Made by a program: the position numbers and the translations under genes. The notes under the pieces were generated by a model that did no database searches, was not told where the DNA came from, and saw only the letters and a program-made list of their open reading frames with translations. 64,000 bases of DNA from Catajapyx aquilonaris (lineage: Eukaryota): the NCBI GenBank assembly GCA_000934665.2, contig JYFJ02001450.1, positions 1 to 64,000 on the forward strand. Reading direction: 5' to 3'. Shown piece by piece: positions 29,199 through 42,587 of the stretch (within the stretch, counting starts at the first letter, position 1; each line of letters opens with the position of its first letter).

Positions 29199-29964
29199 CT
29201 ATGTAGCACTGATCGATCGACAAAATTACAACGCTCATGGCAAAAGTGCAATGACTCCATGGAAGAAGGGGGTAACTAGATGGGAATTCCCATCTAGTTA
29301 CCACCTTCCATGGAGCCCTTCAATTATTTATTTTGGTGCACGTACGTACAGTACATGAATGTGCGATTCCTATAGTACTATCTGTCCCGATTTCAAATCT
29401 GTTAACCACTTGACTCTATCACCTACAGTTTTGAGTAATTAGCATTTTACTGTGTCAAAAAACCTCTCTTAACGTAGGTTAGAGTCATACTCATACACTT
29501 TGAAATAAATTTCTGAATAAGTAATGACTAATAGGGCTTTGTATGGGCTTTGTATGGATTAGGTATGATCCTGATGCCCCCGTAGTATACCAAAATCCTC
29601 ACATGGAATAATGTTTACAAAAATTATGCATAAGGTGACAATGAGCAATGTGCAGTAATTCTAGAAAACAAGATATACGCTATACTTCGTTGTAGGCTAT
29701 ACAATCACCTCTTCAGTTTTGAAACGGGTAACACTTGGCAATTATTCTAATAACAAAATAATGCCGACAGTATAACAACAGCCGTGATGGTACAGCTCCC
29801 AAGTCCATTTTTCTCGAAATTGGATTATTGGCGGGAATGTACGAGGAGCAACCGTCCAAGAAGCAGAAAATGCCAAGTCCAGTCGAAAAGGCCGGAAACA
29901 GACCACTCGTAGAGTAGTAAAGATGCCACAAATCCCAAGTTCAGGACTTGGGACACATGGAATG

Positions 29965-30555
29965 CAAGAAGTTTATTTTCACAGGAGTACATCTGAATAT
30001 CATGGCATCCCATGACTGGTGACTTCATTCGTCATCTGAACAACCATCATCACTGTTTCTTCCAGAAAGCCCAGCATCAATGTGTGCCCTGGCCTCAGCA
30101 CTCAGCTTCTTCGCATCCGACAGGTTTGCTTCTTTTATAGGGAGATCCTAGGTGTAGAGTGAGCCAAAGGATGTCCCACAAGCACATTTTTCCGGAGCAA
30201 CTACAGAAAATATTATGCGTCTGTCCCTGATATATAGCTCGCGACATTCTCACTTCATTGTTTTTGTGGGTCACACTGTGCGTGAATACCGAATATAAGG
30301 CATTCTCATACTTCTGGCGAGAAAGAAGTGTGGGACATCCTAGGACCCACTATACACCCAAAGATCTCCCTATAAAAGAAGTAAAGCTGTCGGATATATA
30401 TGAAGAAGCTGCGGGAGAATCGAAAAGGCCAGGGCACACATTGATGGGCTTGTTGGAAGAAACAGCGATGAAGGTGGTTCAGATGATGAACTAAGTCACA
30501 AGTCATGGACTGTCATGATATTCAGATGTACTCATGTGAAAATAAACTGCTTCTG
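29965..30555. repeat. Diverged ~250-bp inverted repeat (fold-back element)
   Basis: GTTTATTTTCACAGGAGTACATCTGAATATCATG pairs with CATGATATTCAGATGTACTCATGTGAAAATAAAC, and CTTCTTTTATAGGGAGATC pairs with GATCTCCCTATAAAAGAAG. Confidence 0.8.
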
Positions 30556-33500
30556 TCTGATTTTCATGTTCTCCTCACAGCCAAGATGACAATCATAATA
30601 TCCCAAGTCCACCACCTGCGACAATTTTTTCAGAAGGACAATAATTATATGACCTTCGCAAGTAGTGCTTTTTATAGAAGTCTTGACCTATAAGACACAC
30701 TAAGTTTCATTCACGCCATGCTAATTATAGGCGCAAGAATAGCACGATACACTTTTAATGCTCTCCTGAAAAATTGCATCCCATGGACTTGGAAAGTGTG
30801 CCATCTTGGGAATTTAGTGTAACATAGCCTTTTACTTGATATGATGTTATAACCCATTGAAGGCAAAACGGATGTATCAAAATTACTATTCAACCTATTC
30901 TAAAGTTTAAACACTCGTGTGGGTTCCTCGTCGTAATTATTATATTTTCAATTATGATTAATAACATGTAAACATGAGCTTATATTTCCAAAACAGTATT
31001 TTTTGCAAAATACATATGACTACCTTATAAGCAATCCCAGAATAACTATCGGAGTTACAGGAAATACCGTACCATTCCCAGAAGTGCTGCGGTGTGACTC
31101 ATCTAACGCCATCTGTTGAAGATACTGAGATGATTCCGTTATGATTTTTTATTATTATTTTTACCAGAGAAGTTGGCTTCTCAGCCTCCAGTGTTCGTGC
31201 GGGAAAGCCCAGTTTTACACAAATATGCTACACCAAGTTCAAATTTCCGTGTGGTGAAGTCTTGTATCGTGTGGGTCACATTTATAGCCTAATCGTTGCA
31301 ATTGTGTATAATCAGAATCTTACCTGTTTGCATGAGAAAGTAATTAGGTTTGGCACTGCAGTTAGAGTTGTGAACATAAGCTTGCCGTCCCTTCCAGGTG
31401 AGTAAAGTAGTTGCGATCGCTGTTTTACTTAGAGAACCGACATTAAGCAGGCCAGACAGATCTGTTTTATGAATTTCTTCTAGATGTTTAAAAAGCAAAA
31501 CAAAGTATATATGAGTCGAAAATATATTGCTCCGGAATGGTTTGAAAAAATGGCTCCTTATGCGCTACAACCTTTCAAAATTTGGGACAAAACGTTTTCG
31601 ATAACCATTATAAGCAGTGACTTGTACAAAAAGAATATCAAGAAAATAATTAAATATGCGTTACTGGCTCAGTTGGACACGTGGTTGACAGGCGAAACTT
31701 CCCGTGAACATGCAGTTCTTTTCTAAGGAGCGTGACAAAAGAGTGAGAGTGATTTCTGTGCATGAGGACACTTCACAGTCATCGTCGCAACTTGCACGTT
31801 CAAAACACTCATATCATTCTCACTATCAACCACTGAAAATGCATGGGTGTTCTGCCTGACTTTGAATTACAGATTGTGGGTGGAACTAAATCATATTATA
31901 ATGTACCATTTGGCCTTAATTTAAATTAATTATTACAAACTAGACACTAGAATAATATATGGATGGCCCTAACGAGGACATCTGAATGCCACTTTTTTCA
32001 GTAATATTGAATTGGAATTGACTATAGTGACATGATGTCAATAAATTAGTTGTATGGTTTGTTCCCTTCTCTTTCCATAGCCGCTAATTTGCAGATACAA
32101 AAACTAATAGGCAAGTGCGAAGTAGCACTAGAAGTTTTGAATTGGCTGATATTGATTAATAACAATCTCCACTCATGGTTTACCCTCAGTGTTGCTACTT
32201 GACGTCAGGCAGTGTTAATAATCATTCATTATAATTATGCTAATGTTGGAGTAACTCAGGGAGAATGAACTTGTACATTATATAAATATCCGTCTGTAAG
32301 TTATATTTGCATTACAGTTTCACGTCCAGTGCAAATCACTCTTTACCTAAGTCGCTATTTAGAACATATGCCAAAACTTTGCATGGTTCTATCCTCAGCC
32401 GTAATTCGTAACACAAAACGTCACCTGACTTTTCGATTCAGAATTGTGCCGTTCCTCACATGTTATTTAAGCAACCGGAATCTGTTAAAAAAAATGTCTG
32501 ATGCGCCTGGATTTCCCAGACAACCCCGATGTATTCCCCTGCCACACCCACCCTCCTCCCCCTTACTATACCGTAAGTGCCAATTACATCAGAGAGTCTC
32601 ACTTGTAAATGACTTGCCACTTGTATACAACTTTAGCCATTAGAAGAAGAAGAAGAAACCTTTGCTCCACGTTGCCTCCCTTCAGTACATATTAATATCA
32701 ATGTGGTTAATATTTTGATCCTTGAAATCTGCTTTAAATCCATCTGTAAAAATATCTGAGGACCTTGACAAGTGCCGGAATTTTCCTCATCGCACCGACA
32801 CGGTCTGCAGAGCGTCGAGTCTTCAATTTCTGAAATATCAACACTAATATTTTACCGCCAATTTGCAGAAGTTTTTGAAAACAGTACGAATATTAATACC
32901 GGTTGGAATGTGCAAACATTGTTTCACTTACTACGCCTTGAATTACTGCTATTGAATGGAACTTGCTATTACTAACATTATTAAACGCACGCTAAACAGC
33001 TCTCATTAAAGTGCAGACATCTCCCAAGAACTGCATGCTTCTAACATCTTTGTATAACACCATATCTACCACAAAATCTTAAACATTCTTTCTAAACTGA
33101 ATCTTTGCATAAATTAAAAAGAAGAACATTGTGCATTGTGCACGAGACACACTCATGAAAACGAAATTGTCCTCGTCACAAAAACCTTCAATAAAAAAAG
33201 AGTCTCCACCTGGCCGAAAAGTTTGAAGCCTCGGGCTAAAAGTTGAGCATACTTGTGTTCTGTAAGTTGTATCGGGATGCGCTGCTCTCGGAATGGAGGA
33301 CAATTGGCCTCACTGCGCATTTCTACCGCGCAAGGAAGTCTTTTAGGGTCGGAAACTTCATTGAAGCAAAGAGGCAGTTGCATCCGAGCGACCTGCGCAG
33401 CTGGAGGAGCAGCATTCATTCAGGTGGGTTACTTTACCTTTGTGCAGCATCCTTTTATAAAACTTGATTTGTCATTGCGTCTTGGTTGTATATTACGTAA

Positions 33501-35215
33501 GTATTATCGCTAATGTACAGTTAAGGCTGTTATTCGGTTATGTAAGGAGAACGTGATGCTGCGCGGAGGAAAAAAAAACTGAGTCTTGGACTGTTTTTCC
33601 TCCCCGAAACGGTGTGCATTGTTTGAGAAATATAATTGACTCCATAATGCAATCTGCATCTAGTATGGCTTGAGTTAATTCGTATAATGATTGACTTAGA
33701 ATGTGAATGTTGCATAGATTTCCTAATTCACGATTTTTTCGTATCACATGTGAGCCTCTAATGCAATTTAAGCTGTTGCGTAATAATTACTGGGGGATCT
33801 GCAACTCTGTAGAGGAAAAAAATATAAGCAGATAAGGTGGTGTATCATTAAATTATGACGTTTCTATACTTAGAGTGGAAAATAGTAGTTTCGTACAATG
33901 TTGACGAATCAGATGCAATAATTTATAGGCAGCATATGGGAAATTTGCGAATTGCTTATTACTCGCATCTGCGCGTTGAGTTGCATCATGCTCACGGGTT
34001 TGAACTGTTGGGTAATTCAGAAATTAAAAGGTGCTTTCTAATTCTTGCTAGTTACACCACGCCAGTCACAGTGGGCCTCGGACGACCTTTCAAATGTGTT
34101 CCGTATGGTAATGCGAAATTATTTTCGTAAACAAGGACAGGCAACCGGATTGGCTAATCTCGTCTAAGATGATACTTGTTTTTCCATAATATCGCAGGGA
34201 AAATGAGGTGTTGGAATAATTCCAACACCTCATTTTCTCTGCGATTCGTCTTGATTTCTGAATAATTCAGAAATCAAGATGAATCAGCTCAAATATTTTC
34301 AATCCCAGTGAGATTGGTTAATTATGGTGTCAATTATATTGGGCAATTAGGCTGACAATAATAATTATTGGCAAATTTATTAAAATGTCACAACCACGCC
34401 TCCCTATTATGCAAGTGAGCTAGAGGCGGTTATTGCAACTAATCTCAGAGGAATCCGCACGAAACGAATCTTTCGCATGCAACTAAGGTGACAGTCATAT
34501 CTCATATAAAAATCTCCAAGAATTTGCTATGACGAATAATGATCAGAACCTTTTTTTTCTCTCAAAACATTTTCTTTACATGATGCACACACGTTATTTC
34601 GCCACATTTTTCTCTCTCAGTATTTTTTTTCGTGCACATTATTTTCACGTGGGAAATCCATCTCCTTGTGCGCTTTTTGAAGGAGAACGGCAGGAACTTA
34701 TCTTGCCTCAAGCCATCCGAGCCCCATCTCATTACATGTAACCCTTACTGTGCTACAGCAAGCACGCATCTCCACCACCTTTACCTACTGACCCAACACC
34801 GAGTGGTAAGCATCTCGAAAGGCATTCACCAGTTTTTGTGCGTGTGCGAGTATGTCCCCCTCCATCGCCTCTCCTTCTTCTTTTCGTCCATTCCCGTTCC
34901 TCAAGAACAGGAACCACCGTGTGCATCCGCCATCTGTAGGATGATAGCGGTCATGCGAGAATGTTGGCCCCTTCTTAGCCAAACGTGTTCTGCATTCCTC
35001 TAACTACATCCTACAGAATGGGGTCATCGGTTTCTTGTGCTTCTCCTTTTTTATTGGTTTTTTGGGAGGGAGGGCGGGGGAGAGGAGGAGGGCGGGGGGT
35101 GAAAACGAGTCTGGACTCCTCTTGTGTCGTGGCGGTCATGACTGTGCCGGATGACCGGATCGCCATTGCGTTAGAAAAGTGAAGGTTGTGTTTTGTTACT
35201 TCAGCAGGTGGTGTG

Positions 35216-38200
35216 ATGGAAGCTCAGGTGCCAATAGGGGCATTCATCAAGAGGCAGTACAATTACCTGTTTCAGGATGAACCTGGTGAGTTGTAACACC
35301 TATTGACATTTTAATTTGATTTCGGTCAACCCCTCTGGGTGTGACAGGTTATGATTATGGCATTGTAATAAAAGTGAAGCATGGGTTTTTTATTATTTTT
35401 AACTGGCAGTAAAAACTGTACTTGTTATGACAGAAATGCTAACTTTTAAGAGCCAGTTAATGTTCGAAAAGCGTTTGTTATTTTGCCTCTGTTCAAGGAA
35501 AGGAACTGTTGCTTTTAATTTAACTGGTTTAAACTATCTGTATGTGCCCTTGAACTGGGGACTTGGGGAACTCAGAACACTGTATTGCACATTATAGTCT
35601 TACAGTACTAATAATGACCTTGTCAATAGGCTTATCACACTTACAGCTGTAATTTACTACAGTACAGTCTTCTTTCATGCGGTGTTTTGATGGCCAGATC
35701 ATAATTATCAGAAAATGTACGCAAGTAGATATTATTGTTATTTGCTGTTTTTCAGTTACATAACGCAGGAAGATATCCTGCAAAAAGTAGATGTATTTGT
35801 TTACCCCAAGTTGCCATTTAGGGGGGATCCTGCAAAAAGTACTGTATATCTCGCAATCTACGCACTGTATATCCGCTTAAAAAATAGCAACGCGTTTCTT
35901 TTATAGAGTCTATCTAATTATTTTTCCTCGGTAATTAAATCAAATCCAGAGTACGTCACTTTTTGCCCCCTAAAATAATTTTTTCGCTGTTTATATTTTG
36001 GTGTAGTGGCTGTAGAGGTACAGTATATCATGAGATGTTAATCTCTTTCATTCTTATCCATTATTGTTGTTACATAACCGTACAAAAACATTAGTCTTGC
36101 AAGGTTGCAACATTATGTACTGGGGATGGCTACCATAATGTTCATGAAAATAATGACAATGTATTTTTGCAGATCCACGGACGCAGGAGTGGTTTTTGGC
36201 TAGTTCCCCGTGGCCCACCACTCTGATATGCTTTGGATACATATACGTGTGCACATACTTGGGACCACGTTTAATGTGGTCCAGGAAACCTTTCGAACTT
36301 CGAGGAGTGATGCTGGTGTACAACGCAATTCAAGTCATCTGCAGCCTGCTAATTTTCATTGCGGTAAAGATTTCTTATCATTATTTCATAATATCCTTGT
36401 CCTTGGCACTTACACGCTTTGCGTTTAATTGCACGTCTTCATGCATGAAGTTATGCGAATGTTTGTCTGCACAGTCTGCTGGTGTGTAAGCTGCCTGTTT
36501 CACATTTGTCGACATCTAATAAACCTGAATTTTCTTCCCATCAGGCTGGATTTGGAGGCTGGTTTAACGGCTACAACGTGATTTGTCAGCCTATTGAGAA
36601 GACCGGCCCCAGGGGCTTGTTGGTTTGTATTGCTTTATTACACCGTTTGTGCTATTTACCTCATGCGATTCCTCTAATGACGTAGACATTTTTTTCTCAC
36701 ATTTCAGATGGCCAATGTGGTATGGTGGTTCTTCATGTCCAAATTTTTGGACTTTCTAGATACGGTAATAAAATTTTAAGTAGATCAACATAGCACTCAA
36801 TATACTGTATGTCATGCTAGACTAATATTTGTGCCATGCTTTGAGTCTGTTAATTAATTAATATTGGGGGCCCTTCATCGTTCACTATGCCTTTTATGTG
36901 GGGAAATATAGTGACCTTATTGTTGTTTTTTATTAGATCTTATGTGTAATGCAGGTCACACCATGTCCTAGTACAGTTAAAGTTATTCTATTCATGCACG
37001 CCATGAAAATGCTAGAGTCGTATGTATATGAAGAAGTCTCTCTGCAATATGTCAAATGTTACTATTGCACAAAACTTTCTAGAGTAAGTTGCAGATACTC
37101 ATCCTTTTAAGCACATTTCGTGAATTCAAAATTTTGTTGAAGAATTATATTGTCTTCCGTGAATTCTGCACGACTTGGAAATTGTGAGTGCATCACGATA
37201 CTTCCCGACTGGAGAGTCGCGTTGTATGCAAATGAAAAAAAGGCCCAGGACTTGTGCTTGCATACTGTAACCACATCCGATGGACTTCTTTTCTATTGTG
37301 AATTGTGAGGAAGTCGGGCCTGTGGGATGGCATGGATACAGAACGGATGTCTTTTTCTCTCTTTTCTCATGGCGGAAGACTACGTCCTAAGCTCGTGTAT
37401 GTGCACGAATAAAGAAAATTCAGGTCGCTTTCGCCTCTTTAAAATGATGGAAAAGTATAGAGCGTTTGCTCGAAATTAGTGAACTGTTAATTCTCGGAAG
37501 GCAAACGGCATTTCAACCTTAATTGCAGCACATAAAGCCTCGCATGACTAATTACTGCCCGCAATGTTATGCAGGAAGCAAGCAGGAAGTGTCTAACTTA
37601 TACACTGAATGAAATGGTTGATTTATTATTATTTTTTCCTCCGCAGTTTTTCTTCATACTGAGGAAGAAGTATGATCAGATCAGCTTTCTGCACATTTCA
37701 CATCATGGTGTGATGCCATTCGCCTGTTGGTACGCCGTTAGATTCCTTTCAGGTAGGCTCAAAACTGAACTCAATAATCACAATTGGTTCTAGCTGGATA
37801 TAAAACATGATAGTTCATTGCTCAAGGCTACATTTCCCGAGGAGGGAAGGAAAGATGGATTGTTTACTATAAAATCACGAGAAGATAATGGACGTGATTG
37901 TTCTTACACCAACTTGTTTTTAATTTTTAGCTGTCAGTTTTTATTTTATATTTTTAAACGAGTCCTGACGTGAACAATCCGTGATTTTCCTTCTCCCATC
38001 TCCTATCACTCAAACTTCCAATCCTGACTGTACAAAAGTAAACGAACTGGGAAATCCCCTCATTTCCATTCGTAATTTTAAAATGAAAACTGTTTTTTTT
38101 TTTACCACAATTCACCTATTTTGAGAGATTTGAGCTAGAACTGCAGATATTGACAGCATACCTTCTCATTCTTTCACAGGCGGTCATGTGAGCTCAATCG

Positions 38201-38860
38201 GAATCTTAAATGCATTTGTGCACGTTGTTATGTACTTCTATTACTTCATGGCCGGTCTTGGGCCCAGGTACCAAAAATACCTGTGGTGGAAGAGGTATCT
38301 GACCATAATCCAGATGGTAAGACATTGCGTGTTTTGCTGTCCTGTTCTTGAGGGGTTTTTCCTAATATCAGCATGTCCTTGTTTCAGGTGCAGTTTGTCA
38401 TCATGTTTATTCATCAAGGCCAGCTCTTCTTCATCCCGTGTGATTTTCCCAGTTACCCTCGGTACTGGGGCCTCTTCTTCGGACCGGTTATTATCGGACT
38501 TTTCTACCATTTTTATCAAGAAGCTTATTATCCAGAGAGGAGCCATGTGATGCTGCCGGTAATTATTTCATTTCGCATTTTTATTTCAGATCTTTGTTCT
38601 GCAATTAGCAGCAGACAATAAAATTTTTCTTTATGTAATTGCTACGTTCTTTCAATTTTCAGGAGGAAAAGATTGCCATCCACGAGAGGATTGCGCAACT
38701 CATACCGTGCCACAACTTCCAATCACTATCTGACGACAATATTGAGGAGGTAAAGTGCACCTGTTATGCCAGTCTTGATGCCCTTGACTACAACTTTTTA
38801 TGTGTTTTGCAGGATAAGAAGCCTAAGAACAGTGTCAAAAACGGATTTGCGAAGCATTAA
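35216..38860 (+). CDS. ELOVL: ELOVL fatty-acid elongase paralogue 3 (~314 aa, 9 coding exons)
   Basis: Exons 35216-35285, 36173-36363, 36545-36622, 36708-36764, 37647-37752, 38180-38316, 38388-38558 (alternative donor after 38546), 38663-38749, 38813-38860. Motifs: DPRT.EW, KFLDFLDT, HISHH, NAFVHVVMYFYY, TIIQMVQF. Confidence 0.95.
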
Positions 38861-39519
38861 CTTCACCGATGTGCCTTCAACCACTGCTGGACGGAAGTGT
38901 TTGAACTTCACTGAACCATAGATGATTGTTGGGAGGCACATTCTTTGCCAACTCGTCCGTTTCCAGCATTGACTGAACTTGAGCGTGGACTCTCTCTCGT
39001 CAGAACCCAACTGATTACTAGTGCACTCTTCCAGTGTACCGTGAACCATTTTTGCAAGGGATCGTACTTATGTATTTACTAATATTTTTCATGGTTTGTA
39101 AAGCTCTGGCATTTTACACCGTTGTTACAAATGCGACTTCAAAATATTTGTTAATGTTTCAAGTAGAGTGGGAAATCTTTACACGGCATACCTTTTGTTA
39201 TAGGAGCAATCCTCCAACATATTTTTATTATAAAAGGATGTGTTTTCGAAAGGAAAAGTATAAATCGAATGTAGGGGTGATAAGTTGAAAAAATTTGTGG
39301 GCAAAAATTTTTTGCAACTGTAAACCAATTACCTCAAATTTGCTGCAGTTGTGCTGCAGCAGACTTAAAATATTGAGAGAAAATCACAAAAACCTGTAAA
39401 TATTGTTACTGAGACTCGAGTGTTCTGTGGTGTGGTAATATAATTATTGTATTAAATAGCTCAATATTTGAGAATATAGCTGTGCTTTGAAGTACACAAC
39501 AAATACCTAAGGTCCGTTT

Positions 39520-39780
39520 CCAATTGAAGGGGTCGGTGCAATACTGCCCTAACCCTCCCAAACCTGATTTTGAGAAAACTGCAGTTGAAAGTTTGAGAGG
39601 CCATATACATCCCATATACTATGTGACTTATTTCATTTGATTTCTCAGTGACCGATGGCAGAAACTGCACAATTTCAATGGATTTTATTAGATACATGAG
39701 TGTAGTACATGGAAGTGTGCTTAACTCAATTTGTGTCATTTGGTGGGTTAGGGCGGTATTGCACCGACCCCTTCAATTGG
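39520..39780. mobile_element. MITE with ~40-bp TIRs
   Basis: CCAATTGAAGGGGTCGGTGCAATACTGCCCTAACCC pairs with GGGTTAGGGCGGTATTGCACCGACCCCTTCAATTGG. Confidence 0.8.
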
Positions 39781-42587
39781 TAAACAATGTTATAGAATGA
39801 CTACCAGTGGATATTTGACACGAGATTTACGAGATTTATTTTTTCTTGTTTTAAATGTTTTAAATCTATCCGGAAATGTTGATAAAAATATGTCTGGTAT
39901 TGTTATGATCAACATTCCTGCATGGTTCAATCATTTAGATCATTCAGGCGAATATTTTATCTCAGCTCATTCGACCTGATCGTAACAAAACTTTCTCCTT
40001 TTTTCTCGACACTGTCTCGCGGTCACGTTAATTAATAGGGGATTCATTTTGACCTACATCTAACCTGCGCTTGCCGCATTTCAAGTTCACATAAGGAACT
40101 GCATAATACAACTTCGTGTTATGTGCATGGCAATGAGGTTAACCTTCACGTTGAACGGTTGTTAAAGGTGCCGTTTTGGCAGACGACCTCAATAAGAAGG
40201 TTTTTACTCGAGTCACGGGCTGCAACCTTCGAGACCGGAAGAATATAGTTGTTTTACGCTGTCCTTAACCAGCAGAGGACGTTATGACACTTAGTTTACA
40301 CGGAGATAAAGAAACAGATAATTATTATTCTCTTTTCTTACACAATACATTGTCATTGAAAACAATTTGTACCAGGTACACAGACTTGCCTAGCGTTGAA
40401 TGCACATGCACTTTCATGAAGTTGCAGGGATGTGACAGGTGTAAATGACAATAATTATTTAACGAGTTTGTGTGAAATTGAGAAAAATATTAGCCAGCAC
40501 CTACATTCCGGAACAGGGTTAACTCATCAGTATGGTTCAAGTAGGTCATTGTGTAAGTTCGTAGAATGTGATCCTGCATCCTTGGGAGTAAGCGATTCCT
40601 GGAATGAATTTTTTAGCTGTCAAATGCCCCTGGCCTGACGATTTCCAGCTAAATACTTTACAACTAAAGCAATGAATCATCCTTGCTGTCGTGATGCCAC
40701 TGTTCTCATCCTCTTGCTCACATGTCGGTAAGTACTACTCATGCTATTTACCCATGAACAAATTGGCTTCACCTTGGATAAAGGCCGATGTTGTTACAAT
40801 GTTCGCATAGCAAGTGTAATTAGAAATGCGAAGGTGTCGTTCTTCGTCATTGTAAGTTTTTTTTAAATTCTCCTTATTGAAAAACTCTGGCCCAACCCCA
40901 ATTCGACACACAATGGTGCATGGTACTCTAAGGCATAATTATTTTAGAAAACAAAAGACTCGGACGTATCCATACGTCATAATCACTCGTGGGAACTTTC
41001 CTTTATCGTCATCACACGTTATTTCTACTTTATGGAATATAATATCCTGTTTGGGGTGCACGAAGGATATGAAGTGCGTACAGCCAGCTCATTACCGTCA
41101 CACTATTTTCGTACCTGATGCGCACAAAGTCACAAACCGTATAGAGAAGAGGCCTAATTATTCAATAGATAGAGTATAGCAGACTATTTTTGAGATGTGT
41201 ATCATGCAGGACGATCAGACCAACTGGAATAAATACGACGTATAAAAAGTGAAGGTTAAGTTAGAATATGTCATGAACTTTTATGTATGATCCATTTTTT
41301 CACTATATGCCTACTCTACTGTGTCTGCATCCCCCCCTTGCTGATTGATATTTTATATGCCTACTGACACAAAAATGCTCTCTTTAAAAGCATGCTGGGC
41401 TAGAAATATTTAGGGTGGAGCTCTGCCAGGCGTCGCGTCGGCAGATGAGTATCGGGATCATCCAAAACGCATCACAAAATGAAGTGCATGCTATATGGCT
41501 CAGGAAGGATCAATCAACACGAGAGAATTCCAATCTGCTATATAGTGGGGTACAGTAGCCTACATGGTATATCCCATATTGAAAATTTGATTTAGGTCAC
41601 ATTTCCGGCCAGATTTTTAACCAAGCGTATGTGGTTTTAAGATTCATACGACAGTGTAATAATATTACACATTATACGAGAGTCTGCATTGTCCAAGTAT
41701 CCGGCATAAAATAGATCCCCCTTAATATATAATATGGTATCCGGCTTAAACCTGTTGTTGTTATTGTGCATCTTACACTATGTGAGGCAAATCTGTTGTG
41801 TAACAGCACTTATCCTGTAATTGAAAAGAAATTGCAGGAACTGCTTACTGATAAGTCAAAATTATGCGCATAGTATGAATACAAATTAAGGGTCCCTTCT
41901 GTGATAATATTATCATCACTCATCACATACCATTCAAGTCCGGATTGCGTTCTTCGAGCATCCGCCATATCGAATATGCAAATGTGGTACCTAAATGCTC
42001 ATAATTTTTTCCCCACAAGGAATTTATTTTCAAATGCAAACCGAATTTAGTTGGCTTGCACTTATTACATGAGCATCTGTGATATGCAAGAGGCAATCAG
42101 CAAGCGTTTTCCTTGCTTTTAAGACTTCTTCCGCCACTGAGCGGCCAGTTTTGTAAAATAATGCATCACGCAAACTCTGATGGAACTGATAAGCAAAGTG
42201 AAAGTAGACATCAAAATCTGCAGATATCGAAAGTTTTTTAAAGAGTCTAATTTAACAATCAATATCAAATTAAAGTAATTACTATACATGGTAAAAATGT
42301 CAAACTTAAACAAGATATCAGTAATACTGTATTTGAGGTTTTTAAAAAACTTCCGTTAAATTCAGTTGAATATGATGTACAGTACAGCAAAAAATTGTTT
42401 TCATCAGATAAAGTGCACGCTTCATAATGGATTCATTTACATCTGAATCATCTCTCAGCTTCATAAGAGCTGCGGTGGTGAAACACATGTCTGGTCGTGA
42501 GAATAAAAGCACCCGGGCATCCCTCCCGTGCTCTCAGTTTCGGATTCAAAAGTTACCAGGCATAATCCAGGTGTGAGAAGGTCAGGG

